From assembly GCA_963730185.1 (NCBI GenBank), contig CAVSQW010000007.1, positions 128,001 to 192,000 of the forward strand: 64,000 nt of DNA, written 5' to 3'. Positions within the stretch are counted from its first letter, which is position 1; each line of letters opens with the position of its first letter. Both the position numbers and the translations under genes were made by a program. Shown here one piece after another: positions 18,778 to 28,007 of the stretch. The notes beneath the pieces were generated by a model that saw nothing but the letters and a program-made list of their open reading frames with translations, had not been told where the DNA came from and searched no databases. This DNA comes from an uncultured Gemmatimonadales bacterium (GTDB taxonomy: Bacteria; Gemmatimonadota; Gemmatimonadetes; Gemmatimonadales; GWC2-71-9).

Positions 18778-20175
18778 CTACGCCCCGCCGGGCCGGATGT
18801 TCTGGTTGACCCGGAACAGGTTCCGGGGATCGTACTTGGTCTTGATCGCGGCCAGCCGGTCGTAGTTCTCGCCGTAGCTGGCCCGGAGCCGGGCCTCGTC
18901 CGCTTCCATCATGAAATTCACGTACCCGCCGCCCGAGGAATGCGCCTTGGTGGCGTTCCAGTACTCGCGCGCCCACCCGGTGATCCGTTCGTCGTCCCCG
19001 GGGTCGGTGCCGACCCCGGCGATGACCTGCGAGAACCGGGCGTCGCGGCGGGCGAACGCGGTCGCCCCCGGCGACACCCGGTGGACGGCGCCGTCGATCG
19101 GGTAGAGGTGCATGGTGGAGAGCATCGAGGGCAGCCGGTCGCAGTAGTCCACGTTGGTCGCGATGGCCTCGTCGCTCAGTCCCCGGAGGAAGTGTCCCTT
19201 CCAGTACCAGCGCAGGCCGGGCGGGTAGAGGCCGTCGTGGAGGCCCTGCAAAGCGGGGTAGGGAACCGGCCCGACGTGCTCGAAGACCGGCTCCGCGAAG
19301 CGGTGGACTGCCCGGAGCACCCGGTCGCCGTGGGCCGGGGAGCCGGTGCAGCACCAGACCACCCCGCACATCCGGCGGCCGTGGATGTCCCGGGGAAACA
19401 TCGGGGCCGGCGGGACGGTCAGCGCCGCGAAAAAGCCGGTGATGTCGCGCGGCGCCCGGGCGATGAACCCGGCGTACCAGTCGAGCGCGTCGGCCATCCG
19501 ATCCAACGGCCAGAAGGTCGGGCCACCGGTCACCGTGTCGACCGGGTGGACCCGCAGCTCGAACGAGGTGACCACGCCGAAGTTGCCGCCGCCGCCCCGA
19601 ATGGCCCAGAAGAGGTCCGGGTGCTCGCGGGGGCTCGCGGTCACGAAGCGGCCGTCGGCCAGCACCAGGTCGGCCGAGCGGAGGTTGTCGATGGTGAGGC
19701 CGTAGCGCCGGGTCAGGTAGCCGTGGCCGCCGCCCAGGGTCAGTCCCCCCACCCCGGTGGTGGACACGATCCCGCTCGGCGTGGCGAGGCCGAAGGCGTG
19801 GGTGGCGTGGTCGACGTGGCCCCAGGTGGCCCCGGCCTCGACCCGGACCGTCTTCCGCCGGGGATCGACCCGGATACCACGCATCCGGGAAAGGTCGATG
19901 ACCAGACCCTCGTCGCAGAGCCCGAGCCCGGGCGCGCTGTGGCCCCCGCCCCGGACCGCGATCGGGAGGTCGTGGAGCCGCCCATAATTGACGCAGGCGA
20001 TCACGTCGGCCACGTCGACGCAATAGGCGATCGCCGCTGGGCGGCGGTCGATCATCCCGTTGTAAACCCGGCGGGCGTCGTCGTAGTGCTCGTCTTCCGG
20101 ACGGATCAACGGACCGCGCAGGGCGGTGTCGAGGCCGACGAGCGTGGATTGATCAAGGGTGGCTGGCAGGGACAC
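18778..20175 (-). CDS. FAD-linked oxidoreductase (VAO/BBE family)
   Basis: VRGGGHS covalent-FAD His motif, GLTLGGGHG, GGGGNFGVVT, C-terminal YVNF…KYDPRNLFRVNQNI. Confidence 0.92.
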   Translation of the reverse strand: MSLPATLDQSTLVGLDTALRGPLIRPEDEHYDDARRVYNGMIDRRPAAIAYCVDVADVIACVNYGRLHDLPIAVRGGGHSAPGLGLCDEGLVIDLSRMRGIRVDPRRKTVRVEAGATWGHVDHATHAFGLATPSGIVSTTGVGGLTLGGGHGYLTRRYGLTIDNLRSADLVLADGRFVTASPREHPDLFWAIRGGGGNFGVVTSFELRVHPVDTVTGGPTFWPLDRMADALDWYAGFIARAPRDITGFFAALTVPPAPMFPRDIHGRRMCGVVWCCTGSPAHGDRVLRAVHRFAEPVFEHVGPVPYPALQGLHDGLYPPGLRWYWKGHFLRGLSDEAIATNVDYCDRLPSMLSTMHLYPIDGAVHRVSPGATAFARRDARFSQVIAGVGTDPGDDERITGWAREYWNATKAHSSGGGYVNFMMEADEARLRASYGENYDRLAAIKTKYDPRNLFRVNQNIRPGGA

Positions 20176-20400
20176 GAGGCCTCCTCACGCGGGGAGTCGG
20201 ATGGGCTCGCCCAAGTGTCCGGGCGCCGGACGGCGCCTCGGGATCGACCCGGGCCAGCAGAGGCGGGAGGGATGCGGAACGACTCGAAGGCGGACGCCGG
20301 GGGGCGCGTCACCACGTCGCCGATCGGCGGAACCCGACCGGCGGCGCCCCGGCCGATCACGCGCGGCGAGGCGCTCAGAAATCGACTTCCCGGACTGCTC

Positions 20401-21681
20401 TCAACTTTGAGCGTGGGCCCGTTGGTCGGAGAAGTCAACCCGAGTGTCGTAAAATCCGGCGGCGGCGTACGACCGGTCTAGGATCTCGACCGGGTGCGCC
20501 ACCCTGGTCGGGAGGCCGCGTGCCCTGAGCCCCGCGCCGATCTGCATCAAGCAGCCCGGGTTCCCGGTCACGATCAGGTCGGGCGGCGGCGTCGCGTCGC
20601 GGATGACGTCCAGTTTGGCGTCGAGGACGTCGCGGGAGAGGGCCGGGTGGAGCACCCCGTAGATCCCGGCGCTGCCGCAGCACTGATCGGCGCCCGGCAG
20701 GAGGCGGACCCGAAGCCCGGGGATCGCCCGGAGCACGACGAGCGGCTCCGCCTGGACCCGCTGGGCGTGCTGGAGGTGGCAGGGGGCGTCGTAGGCCACG
20801 TCGAGGTCGAGCGGCGCGCCCGGTCGCGGACCCCGCTCGGCGAGGAGCTCGGTGACGTCCCTGACCCTGCCGGCCAGCTCGGCCGCTTCGGGGTCGTCCA
20901 GGAGGTGGCCCAGATCCTTGAGCAAGGCGCCGCATCCGGCGCTGTTCACCACGACCCGGTCGGCCCGGCCGGCGAACGCCTCGAGATTGGCGCCCGCCAG
21001 CCGGCGGGCGCCGGCCCGGTCGCCGGCGTGCTCGTGGAGCGCGCCGCAGCAAACCTGGTTCGGGACCTCGACGACCCGGTAGCCGTTGACCTCGAGGACC
21101 CGGCGGGTGGCGTCGTGGACGTGATCGAAGAGGCCCTCCATCACGCAGCCGCGAAAGAGCGCCACCGTGGGCCCGGTCGGCGAGGACGCGGGACCAGCGC
21201 GGCGGCGCGGCGGCGCGAAGGGCGTGGTGGCCTGGAGCATCCCGAAGAGGAAGCCGGTCCGCCCGTCGCTCGCCAGCCGGGCCGGCAGGCCGGTCTCCCG
21301 GACCAACCGCGCCGCGCCGAACGCCGCGCGCCAAGCCCAGCGGGCGCCGAACAGGGCGAGGACGGCCCGGGCCCGGGCCGGAATCCCGTTGGCCGCGGCC
21401 AGGCGCTCGCGAGCGGCCTCGAGCCCTCGGCCGTACCCCACGCCCGACGGGCAAACGGGCTCGCAGCCCCGGCACCCGAGGCAGGCGTCGAGATGCTGCC
21501 GCAGGGCCGGGTCGGTCGGGCGGAGCTCGCCCCGCTCGAGGGCCCGGATCAGCACGATCCGCCCCCGCGGGCTGTCGCTTTCGTCGCCGGTGGCGAGATA
21601 GGTGGGGCAGGCGCTCAGGCAGAACCCGCAATGGACGCAGGGATCGAGCGCCTCGAAGCCGTGGCGCCCGGCGTCAGCCAC
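20401..21681 (-). CDS. glcF: Glycolate oxidase iron-sulfur subunit
   Basis: CVHCGFCLSACPTY and CLGCRGCEPVCPSG ferredoxin motifs, two CCG domains. Confidence 0.88.
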   Translation of the reverse strand: MADAGRHGFEALDPCVHCGFCLSACPTYLATGDESDSPRGRIVLIRALERGELRPTDPALRQHLDACLGCRGCEPVCPSGVGYGRGLEAARERLAAANGIPARARAVLALFGARWAWRAAFGAARLVRETGLPARLASDGRTGFLFGMLQATTPFAPPRRRAGPASSPTGPTVALFRGCVMEGLFDHVHDATRRVLEVNGYRVVEVPNQVCCGALHEHAGDRAGARRLAGANLEAFAGRADRVVVNSAGCGALLKDLGHLLDDPEAAELAGRVRDVTELLAERGPRPGAPLDLDVAYDAPCHLQHAQRVQAEPLVVLRAIPGLRVRLLPGADQCCGSAGIYGVLHPALSRDVLDAKLDVIRDATPPPDLIVTGNPGCLMQIGAGLRARGLPTRVAHPVEILDRSYAAAGFYDTRVDFSDQRAHAQS

Positions 21682-22888
21682 GCTGGCTGCCCTCCGCGGG
21701 CACCATCAGGATTCCTCCGGGGTCGAACACCGCGCGAAGGCGGCCCGTGAGGGTGCCCACGCCTTCGCGGAAGGCGCCGAAATGGCCCACCTGACTCCGG
21801 AGCGGCCAGGGCGCCCGTTCCAGGGTGAGGGGGATCTCGCGCTCGGCCAGCCGCGAGCGGAGCGCGATCAGGCGATCGTGGGAGGCGGCGCCGGTCCATC
21901 GGACGCCACCCCGAATCAAGCCGGCGCTCACCCGCTCGGCCCCGAGCGACTCCGCCAACAGCTCCACCGTGTCCGCCATACTCTCGGGGAGGGCGCCCAG
22001 GCGGAGGGTGACCGGTCCTTCGAGCGCGGCGCGGGCCAGGCTCCGGACCGGGTCGGTCGTGCCGCTCCGGTCGAGGGTCGTGAATCCGATCGGCAGCCCC
22101 GCCGCGGTCAGGCCCGCCACGGCGGCGTCGACGCCGGCCCGGGTGCCGACGAACTGCGCCAGCAGGGTCCAGTCCCGCGCTCCCGTCAGGCCCGGCGAGG
22201 CCAGCTCGAGCCCGGCCGGCTCGATCCCCGCGGCGGTCAGCCGGGCGGCACCGTCGAGGAGCTGGTCCATGGTGCCCCGGGCCGCCAGGGCCACCCCGCG
22301 CTCCGGAGCGGCCCGGAGCCGGAGGTGGACCTCGGCGATCAGTCCGAACGTCCCGAAGCCGCCCACCTGCAGCTTGGTGAGATCATAACCCGCTACGTTC
22401 TTTACGACCGTCCCGCCGGCCCGCACCACCCGCCCGTCGCCCGCGACCACCGTGGCGCCGAGAACGTGATCGCGGACCGGCCCGAAGCGCTGGGCGAGCG
22501 AGCCCGCCGTGGCCGTGGCCAGGATCGAGCCCACGGTCCGCTCCCGGAGACCGGGCGCGTCGAGAGCCAGCCAGGCCCCGTGCGAGGCCAGGCTCGCTTC
22601 GAGCTCCGCCAGGGACAGGCCTGCTTGCACCGTCGCCACCAGGTCGGCGGCGCTCAGACTCACCACCCGTCGCATCCGGGTGGTGGTGAGGGCGAAGTCG
22701 GCCGGGGCGTCCGGCGGCATCCAGGTGCCGGCGCCCTCCAGCCGGACCCGCCAGCCCTGCTCGTGGGCCAGCCCGAGCAGCGCGGCGGCCTCGTCGGTGG
22801 ATCGCGGCGCCACCCGGGGCACGCCGTCGCTGGCCTGACCGGTCTCGCCGGCGATTCGCTTGAGTGACTCTCGCATATCCTGACTCAT
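21674..22888 (-). CDS. glcE: Glycolate oxidase FAD-binding subunit
   Basis: GGTVVKNVAGYDLTKL motif; located between glcD and glcF with overlapping stop/start codons. Confidence 0.82.
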   Translation of the reverse strand: MSQDMRESLKRIAGETGQASDGVPRVAPRSTDEAAALLGLAHEQGWRVRLEGAGTWMPPDAPADFALTTTRMRRVVSLSAADLVATVQAGLSLAELEASLASHGAWLALDAPGLRERTVGSILATATAGSLAQRFGPVRDHVLGATVVAGDGRVVRAGGTVVKNVAGYDLTKLQVGGFGTFGLIAEVHLRLRAAPERGVALAARGTMDQLLDGAARLTAAGIEPAGLELASPGLTGARDWTLLAQFVGTRAGVDAAVAGLTAAGLPIGFTTLDRSGTTDPVRSLARAALEGPVTLRLGALPESMADTVELLAESLGAERVSAGLIRGGVRWTGAASHDRLIALRSRLAEREIPLTLERAPWPLRSQVGHFGAFREGVGTLTGRLRAVFDPGGILMVPAEGSQRG

Positions 22889-24303
22889 GGCGCCCGTTCC
22901 TCGCGCCACTCGCGGCAGAAGTGGGTGGGAATGACCTTGCCCGGGTTGGCCCGTTGCTCGGGATCGAAGGCCCGGCGGACGTCGCACATGGCCGCCAGGC
23001 TCGGGGCGTCGAAGATGAGCGGCATGTAGTCCAGCTTGTCGGACCCGACGCCGTGCTCCCCGGTGATCGATCCTCCCGCCGCGATGCACGCGGTCATGAT
23101 CTCCCGGCTTGCGTCCCGCACCCGCCCGCTCAGCTCGGCGTCACGTCGATCGTAGCAGATGTTAGGGTGGAGATTGCCGTCGCCGGCGTGGAACACGTTG
23201 CAGATGGTCAGGTCGTACTTCCGTCCGATCGCGCCGATGGCGTCGAGGACGTCCGGTAAGGAGGACCGGGGCACCACGGCATCCTGCACCACCAGGTCCG
23301 GCGCCACCCGGCCCATCGCCCCGAACGCCTTCTTCCGTCCCTGCCAGAGGCGGGCGCGATCGTCGTCGGCGGTAGCCGAGCGAACGGTCCGGGCGCCATG
23401 CGCGTGGAGCAGACGCTCCACCAGCACGGTCTCCGCGGCCACGGCGGCCGGGGCGCCGTCGAGCTCCACCAGCAGGACCGCCGCCGCGTCGACCGGATAC
23501 CCCGCTGCGTAGATCGACGACTCCACCGCCTGAATGGTGCCCTGATCCATCATCTCCAGCGCGGCCGGGACCACGCCGGCCGCGATGATCGCGCTCACCG
23601 CCTCGCTCGCCGCCCGGACCGCGTCGAAGTCGGCAAGGAGGGTGCGGATCGCGGCGGGGCGCCGCTCCAGCCGCACCGTGATCTCGAGGGCGATCCCGAA
23701 CATCCCCTCCGAGCCCACGAAGAGCCCGACCAGATCGGGGCCCCACGGGTCGCCCTGGGGGCTCCCCAGCCGGGCCATCGAGCCGTCTGGCAACACCACC
23801 TCGATCTCCACCACGTGATTGGTCGTGACGCCGTACTTGAGACAGTGCGGGCCGCCCGCGTTCTCGGCCACGTTGCCGCCGATGGTGCAAGCGGCCTGGC
23901 TGGACGGATCCGGGCAGTACTGGAGTCCGAACGGCGCTACCGCCTCGCCCAACTTGGCGTTGACCACCCCGGGCTCGATCCGGGCCCGGCGGGTCCCCGG
24001 ATCGATCGCCAGGATGTGGTTGAGCCGGGTGAGCGGGATCAGCACCGTCTCGGGATCGGCGAGCGCGCCGCCGGAGAGACCGGTGCCGGCCCCCCGGGCC
24101 ACCCAGGTCACCCCGAGTCGGGCCAGGCGGCGAACGAGGGCCACCACTTCGTCCCGGGACCCGGGAAGGACGGCGAGCCGAGGGAGCGACGCATGGGTCG
24201 GCAGGCCGTCGGCCTCGTAGGTCCGCCGCTCGGCCTCGCGAATCCGAATCCAGCGGGGGCCCACGATGGCGGCCAGGTCCGCGGCCAGCGAGTCGGTGGT
24301 CAC
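22885..24303 (-). CDS. glcD: Glycolate oxidase FAD-linked subunit
   Basis: RGAGTGLSGG, PDPSSQAACTIGGNVAENAGGPHCLKYG, HAGDGNLHP, GEHGVG. Confidence 0.9.
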   Translation of the reverse strand: MTTDSLAADLAAIVGPRWIRIREAERRTYEADGLPTHASLPRLAVLPGSRDEVVALVRRLARLGVTWVARGAGTGLSGGALADPETVLIPLTRLNHILAIDPGTRRARIEPGVVNAKLGEAVAPFGLQYCPDPSSQAACTIGGNVAENAGGPHCLKYGVTTNHVVEIEVVLPDGSMARLGSPQGDPWGPDLVGLFVGSEGMFGIALEITVRLERRPAAIRTLLADFDAVRAASEAVSAIIAAGVVPAALEMMDQGTIQAVESSIYAAGYPVDAAAVLLVELDGAPAAVAAETVLVERLLHAHGARTVRSATADDDRARLWQGRKKAFGAMGRVAPDLVVQDAVVPRSSLPDVLDAIGAIGRKYDLTICNVFHAGDGNLHPNICYDRRDAELSGRVRDASREIMTACIAAGGSITGEHGVGSDKLDYMPLIFDAPSLAAMCDVRRAFDPEQRANPGKVIPTHFCREWREERAP

Positions 24304-24310
24304 CGGCGTC

Positions 24311-24958
24311 TCAGGAGTGCCGGGCCCCGCTTCCGTTGCGCGAAGCCCGCCGGTGTACCAGCACCCGCGCCTCGAGATCGGCCAAGAGGCCAGGCAGGGC
24401 GTGGAGCAGACGGGTGACCCGCTCGGTGGCGGAGCGAAGGGTGAGGAAATGCTGCTTGACCGGAAAGTCCCACTCGAGGAGCGAGGCGACCTGGAACGTC
24501 AGCTGGGAGGCCTCGTCGCTAAACTCGGCGTCGTGCCCGACGTCGGTCAGGGCCGCGAGGGCGCCGGCGTAGCGCTCGGCCAGGAGCCGGAGGGACTCCA
24601 GATCGGCCTGGCTCGGCACCTGAACGTCGGGGAGATCGTCGAATGGCGACGTCGCTCCGACGAGATAAGGCTTGGGGCCCGCCAGCAGCCGGTCGAGTCG
24701 AAAGCGGTCCTCGCCCGACACCACGATGTTGGAGCGGCCGTCGGGGAGGGGCTGGACCGCCCGGACCCGGGCGACGCAGCCCACGGCGCCTGGCGTGGGA
24801 AGGCCGCTGTCCGGACCCGGCGGCAGCAGGCCGAAGCGATGGTCGCCCTCGACCGCGTCGGTCAGCAGGGTCCGATAGCGTGGTTCGAAGATGTGAAGCG
24901 GCACCAGCGCGCCCGGAAAGAGGACCAACGGCAAGGGAAAGAGACCGAGGGACGCCAT
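24311..24958 (-). CDS. Stand-alone LON peptidase substrate-binding (N-terminal) domain protein
   Basis: LFPLPLVLFPGALVPLHIFEPRYR; DGRSNIVVSG. Confidence 0.88.
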   Translation of the reverse strand: MASLGLFPLPLVLFPGALVPLHIFEPRYRTLLTDAVEGDHRFGLLPPGPDSGLPTPGAVGCVARVRAVQPLPDGRSNIVVSGEDRFRLDRLLAGPKPYLVGATSPFDDLPDVQVPSQADLESLRLLAERYAGALAALTDVGHDAEFSDEASQLTFQVASLLEWDFPVKQHFLTLRSATERVTRLLHALPGLLADLEARVLVHRRASRNGSGARHS

Positions 24959-25064
24959 GCCGAAACCTAATGGCCTTGGCCGGTCGCGACAGACGGCTCG
25001 CGGTCGCATCGTCGGCCGCCATTCGACGCCCCGCCTGGATCGGAGCTGGGTCTGGCAACGACTC

Positions 25065-25096
25065 GGGGCGCTCTGGCGACCTGGCCGGAGCGCCCC
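25065..25096 (-). terminator. Hairpin downstream of the sigma factor gene
   Basis: GGGGCGCTCTGGC…GCCGGAGCGCCCC 13-bp stem with one imperfect pair, 23 nt after the stop; no U-tract on the minus strand. Confidence 0.5.
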
Positions 25097-25119
25097 TCTT
25101 CGGTGCGGCGGGCGCGGGG

Positions 25120-26013
25120 TCAGGCGGCGACGGTGGACTGCCGCAGGTACTTCACCTCGGGCGAGTTCCGGAGCTTTTCGAAGGCCCGCTCCCGGATCTG
25201 GCGGACCCGCTCGCGGGTCACCCCGAGGAGGGCGCCGATGCCTTCCAGCGTCAGGGCTTCGGAGCCCTCCTCGAGCCCGTAGTAGAGCGAGAGGATCCGG
25301 CGCTCGCGCGGCGTCAGATAGCGGTCGAACATCTGGACCAGGAACTCGCGCTGGAGCCCGGCATCGACCAGGTCCTCGATGTCGCCCCCGGCCGAGCCGG
25401 CCACCCGCTCGCCGAAGCTCGGCGCCGCCGAGTCGTGCCGCTCGACCGGCGCGTCCAGGGAGACCTCGACCGAGGATACCAGCCGCGCGGCGCGAATCGT
25501 GTCGACGGACTCGTTGAGGACCTGGGCGGTCTCGGCGTCGGTCGGCGAGCGGCCCAGCTCCTGGCTCAGGAGGGCCTCGATCTTGGCCATCCGGAGGAGG
25601 GCGGCGTTCTGGTTGAGCGGGATGCGGACGGTCCGGGTCTGCTCGGCGAGGGCCTTGAGGACGCACTGGCGGACCCACCAGACGGCATAGCTGATGAACT
25701 TCACGCCGTGGGCCGGGTCGAATTTCTTGACTGCCTTGAGCAGGCCCTCGTTCCCGATCGCCACCAGCTCGGCCAGGTCGAGGCCGTGGCCCTGGAACCG
25801 CTTCACGTAGGAAATCACGAACCGGAGGTTGGCGGTCACCAGGCGGTCCATCGCCTCCTGATCACCCTTCCGGGCGCGTTTGGCGAGCCGGACCTCTTCC
25901 TTGGGATCGGTGATCATCGGGAGCTTGCGGATGTCGAGCAGATACTGATCGAACGAACTGGACGGGGACGAGCGGCCCGGTGCGCGGCCCCGGCGATCGC
26001 GGACAGTGCGCAT
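25120..26013 (-). CDS. RNA polymerase sigma factor, RpoD/SigA family lacking region 1.1
   Basis: LVTANLRFVI, GNEGLLKAVKKFD, KFISYAVWWVRQ, SLDAP, TLEGIG…VTRERVRQI; GGAGGT upstream. Confidence 0.92.
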   Translation of the reverse strand: MRTVRDRRGRAPGRSSPSSSFDQYLLDIRKLPMITDPKEEVRLAKRARKGDQEAMDRLVTANLRFVISYVKRFQGHGLDLAELVAIGNEGLLKAVKKFDPAHGVKFISYAVWWVRQCVLKALAEQTRTVRIPLNQNAALLRMAKIEALLSQELGRSPTDAETAQVLNESVDTIRAARLVSSVEVSLDAPVERHDSAAPSFGERVAGSAGGDIEDLVDAGLQREFLVQMFDRYLTPRERRILSLYYGLEEGSEALTLEGIGALLGVTRERVRQIRERAFEKLRNSPEVKYLRQSTVAA

Positions 26014-26106
26014 ACCACCTCGGAGGTGCGGTGTGGTCCTGCGTTGTGCGAGAGACGGCCCGTGCGGGCCTCGAGATCCAGCGGATCCTGCCGTGCTGCG
26101 GAACCG

Positions 26107-26135
26107 AATATAGGAAATCGTTAGGTGCCGGTCAA
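26107..26135 (-). promoter_or_regulatory. Sigma70-type promoter for the sigma factor gene
   Basis: Minus strand TTGACC-17 nt-TATATT in an AT-richer intergenic region. Confidence 0.65.
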
Positions 26136-26267
26136 CGGCCGCGATTCGTCAACATTGCGAGTACGTTAGGCAGAAACAAGTTAGGCAGTTCATCGACACG
26201 GCGTGGACAACGGCGATGTGCACGGTGTCGACGAGCGCGGTAAGTGGTGGTCCCGCAATCAGTTGCG

Positions 26268-27386
26268 CTACTTTTCCGTGTGGACGCCGTGTGGATATCG
26301 GCCGGCGAAAAAATCTCGGGACATGCCTAACGCTTGCCTAACGTCGTCGTCCGTCGCCGTCACGGTCCACGGCCGCTCCCGCCCCGTGCCCGGGGCGCGG
26401 GGGAGGGCGAACCGGAGGACCTGGCCCTCCACCTTCTTGTCGCGCCGCATCAGCGCCAGCAGAGCGTCGTCGTCCACCCGGGCCGGGAGGCCGAGCCGGA
26501 GGCCGAGGTCGGCAAGGCGGCCGGCCAGCTCGGGGGCGAGGCTCGGATCGGCCTGGCCGAGGAGCGCGGCCAGGGCCGCCTCCACCACCAATCCGGTCGC
26601 CACGGCCTCGCCGTGGCTCACCTGGTAGCCGGTCCCTGCCTCGATCGCATGGCCCACCGTGTGGCCCAGGTTGAGGACCGCCCGGAGGCCGCTCTCCCGC
26701 TCGTCGGCCGCGACGATGTCCCGCTTGATCGCCACGCTGGTCCGGACCAGCCGGGTCAGGGCCGCCTGGTCGCGGCCCAGCAGGGCGACCCGCTCGGCGT
26801 GAATCCAGTCGAAGTAGGCCCGGTCGGCCAGGAGGCCGTGCTTGACCGCTTCGACCAGACCGCTCCGGATGTGGGCGGTGCGGAGCGTCAGGAGAGTGGC
26901 CGGATCGGCGAGCACGGCGGCCGGCGGATGGAAGGCGCCGACCAGGTTCTTGCCGTGCCGGGTGTTGACGGCGGTCTTGCCGCCCACCGACGCGTCGACC
27001 ATGGCGAGGAGCGAGGTGGGCACCTGCACGACCGGCACCCCGCGGAGATAGGTGGCGGCGACGAACCCGGCCAGATCGCCCACCACGCCCCCGCCGACGG
27101 CCAACACCACGGTGTCGCGCCCGTAGCCCAGATCGAGCATCCGGTCGGTGAGCCCCCGCCACCGGGTCCGGGTCTTGGAACCCTCGCCCGGGGGGACCAC
27201 CAGGGTCGGCGCCTTGAGCGGCACCTCGACGGCCCGGCCCACGTTGCGATCCGTGATTACCACCACCCGCCGGCGATCCGCGACTTCGGCCAGGAGGTCG
27301 GGCAGGGCGGCCAGCCCGCCGGGCCGAACGTCGACCGGATAGCGGCCCAGAGCGTGGGCGACCCAGAGTCGCTCGTCGTCGCTCAC
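26268..27386 (-). CDS. aroB: 3-dehydroquinate synthase
   Basis: GGGVVGDLAGFVAATYLRG, PTSLLAMVDASVGGKTAVN, LNLGHTVGHAIE. Confidence 0.95.
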   Translation of the reverse strand: MSDDERLWVAHALGRYPVDVRPGGLAALPDLLAEVADRRRVVVITDRNVGRAVEVPLKAPTLVVPPGEGSKTRTRWRGLTDRMLDLGYGRDTVVLAVGGGVVGDLAGFVAATYLRGVPVVQVPTSLLAMVDASVGGKTAVNTRHGKNLVGAFHPPAAVLADPATLLTLRTAHIRSGLVEAVKHGLLADRAYFDWIHAERVALLGRDQAALTRLVRTSVAIKRDIVAADERESGLRAVLNLGHTVGHAIEAGTGYQVSHGEAVATGLVVEAALAALLGQADPSLAPELAGRLADLGLRLGLPARVDDDALLALMRRDKKVEGQVLRFALPRAPGTGRERPWTVTATDDDVRQALGMSRDFFAGRYPHGVHTEK

Positions 27387-27928
27387 CAGGGGACGTCTCC
27401 CCGCCCCTCCCGGTGGTTGGCGACCCGGGCCAGGGTGAAGAGCAGGTCGGAGAGCCGATTGAGGTAGATCAGGAAGAGCTCGGGGACGGACTCGTCGGAG
27501 GCCAGCGACACCACGCTTCGCTCCGCCCGGCGGCAGACGGTCCGGGCCAGGTGAAGTGCGGCGGCCTTGGGGGTGCCGGCCGGCAGGATGAAGCGCGTGA
27601 GGGCCGGCAGCTCGCGATCGGCGGCGTCGATCAGGGCCTCGAAGGCCGTGACCCGCTCGGGGCCGAGAGCCGCCTTTTCGAGAGCCGCCCGGACCTTGTC
27701 CGGATCGGGCGTGGCCAGATGGCCGCCGATCGCGAAGAGGTCGCGCTGGATCTGCTCCAGCTCGGCGGCGAAGAGGTCGGTCGGCTGGGTGGCCCGGACC
27801 ACTCCCAGGGTGGAGTTGAGCTCGTCGACGTCGCCGTAGGCCGCGACCCGGGGGTGATGCTTGGAGACCCGACCGCCACCGAACAGGCCGGTCGAGCCTT
27901 CGTCTCCGGTTCTGGTATAGATCTTCAC
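27383..27928 (-). CDS. pduO: ATP:cob(I)alamin adenosyltransferase (PduO type)
   Basis: KIYTRTGDEG, YGDVDELNS, ARTVCRRAER, YLNRLSDLLF. Confidence 0.92.
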   Translation of the reverse strand: MKIYTRTGDEGSTGLFGGGRVSKHHPRVAAYGDVDELNSTLGVVRATQPTDLFAAELEQIQRDLFAIGGHLATPDPDKVRAALEKAALGPERVTAFEALIDAADRELPALTRFILPAGTPKAAALHLARTVCRRAERSVVSLASDESVPELFLIYLNRLSDLLFTLARVANHREGRGDVPW

Positions 27929-28007
27929 CGCCGCCTCTCGAGTCCAGGACACAGGGCCGCTCCGAGTCGGGAAGAATAGGGCGGCGGTCCGGCCGATGAC
28001 AGCGGGG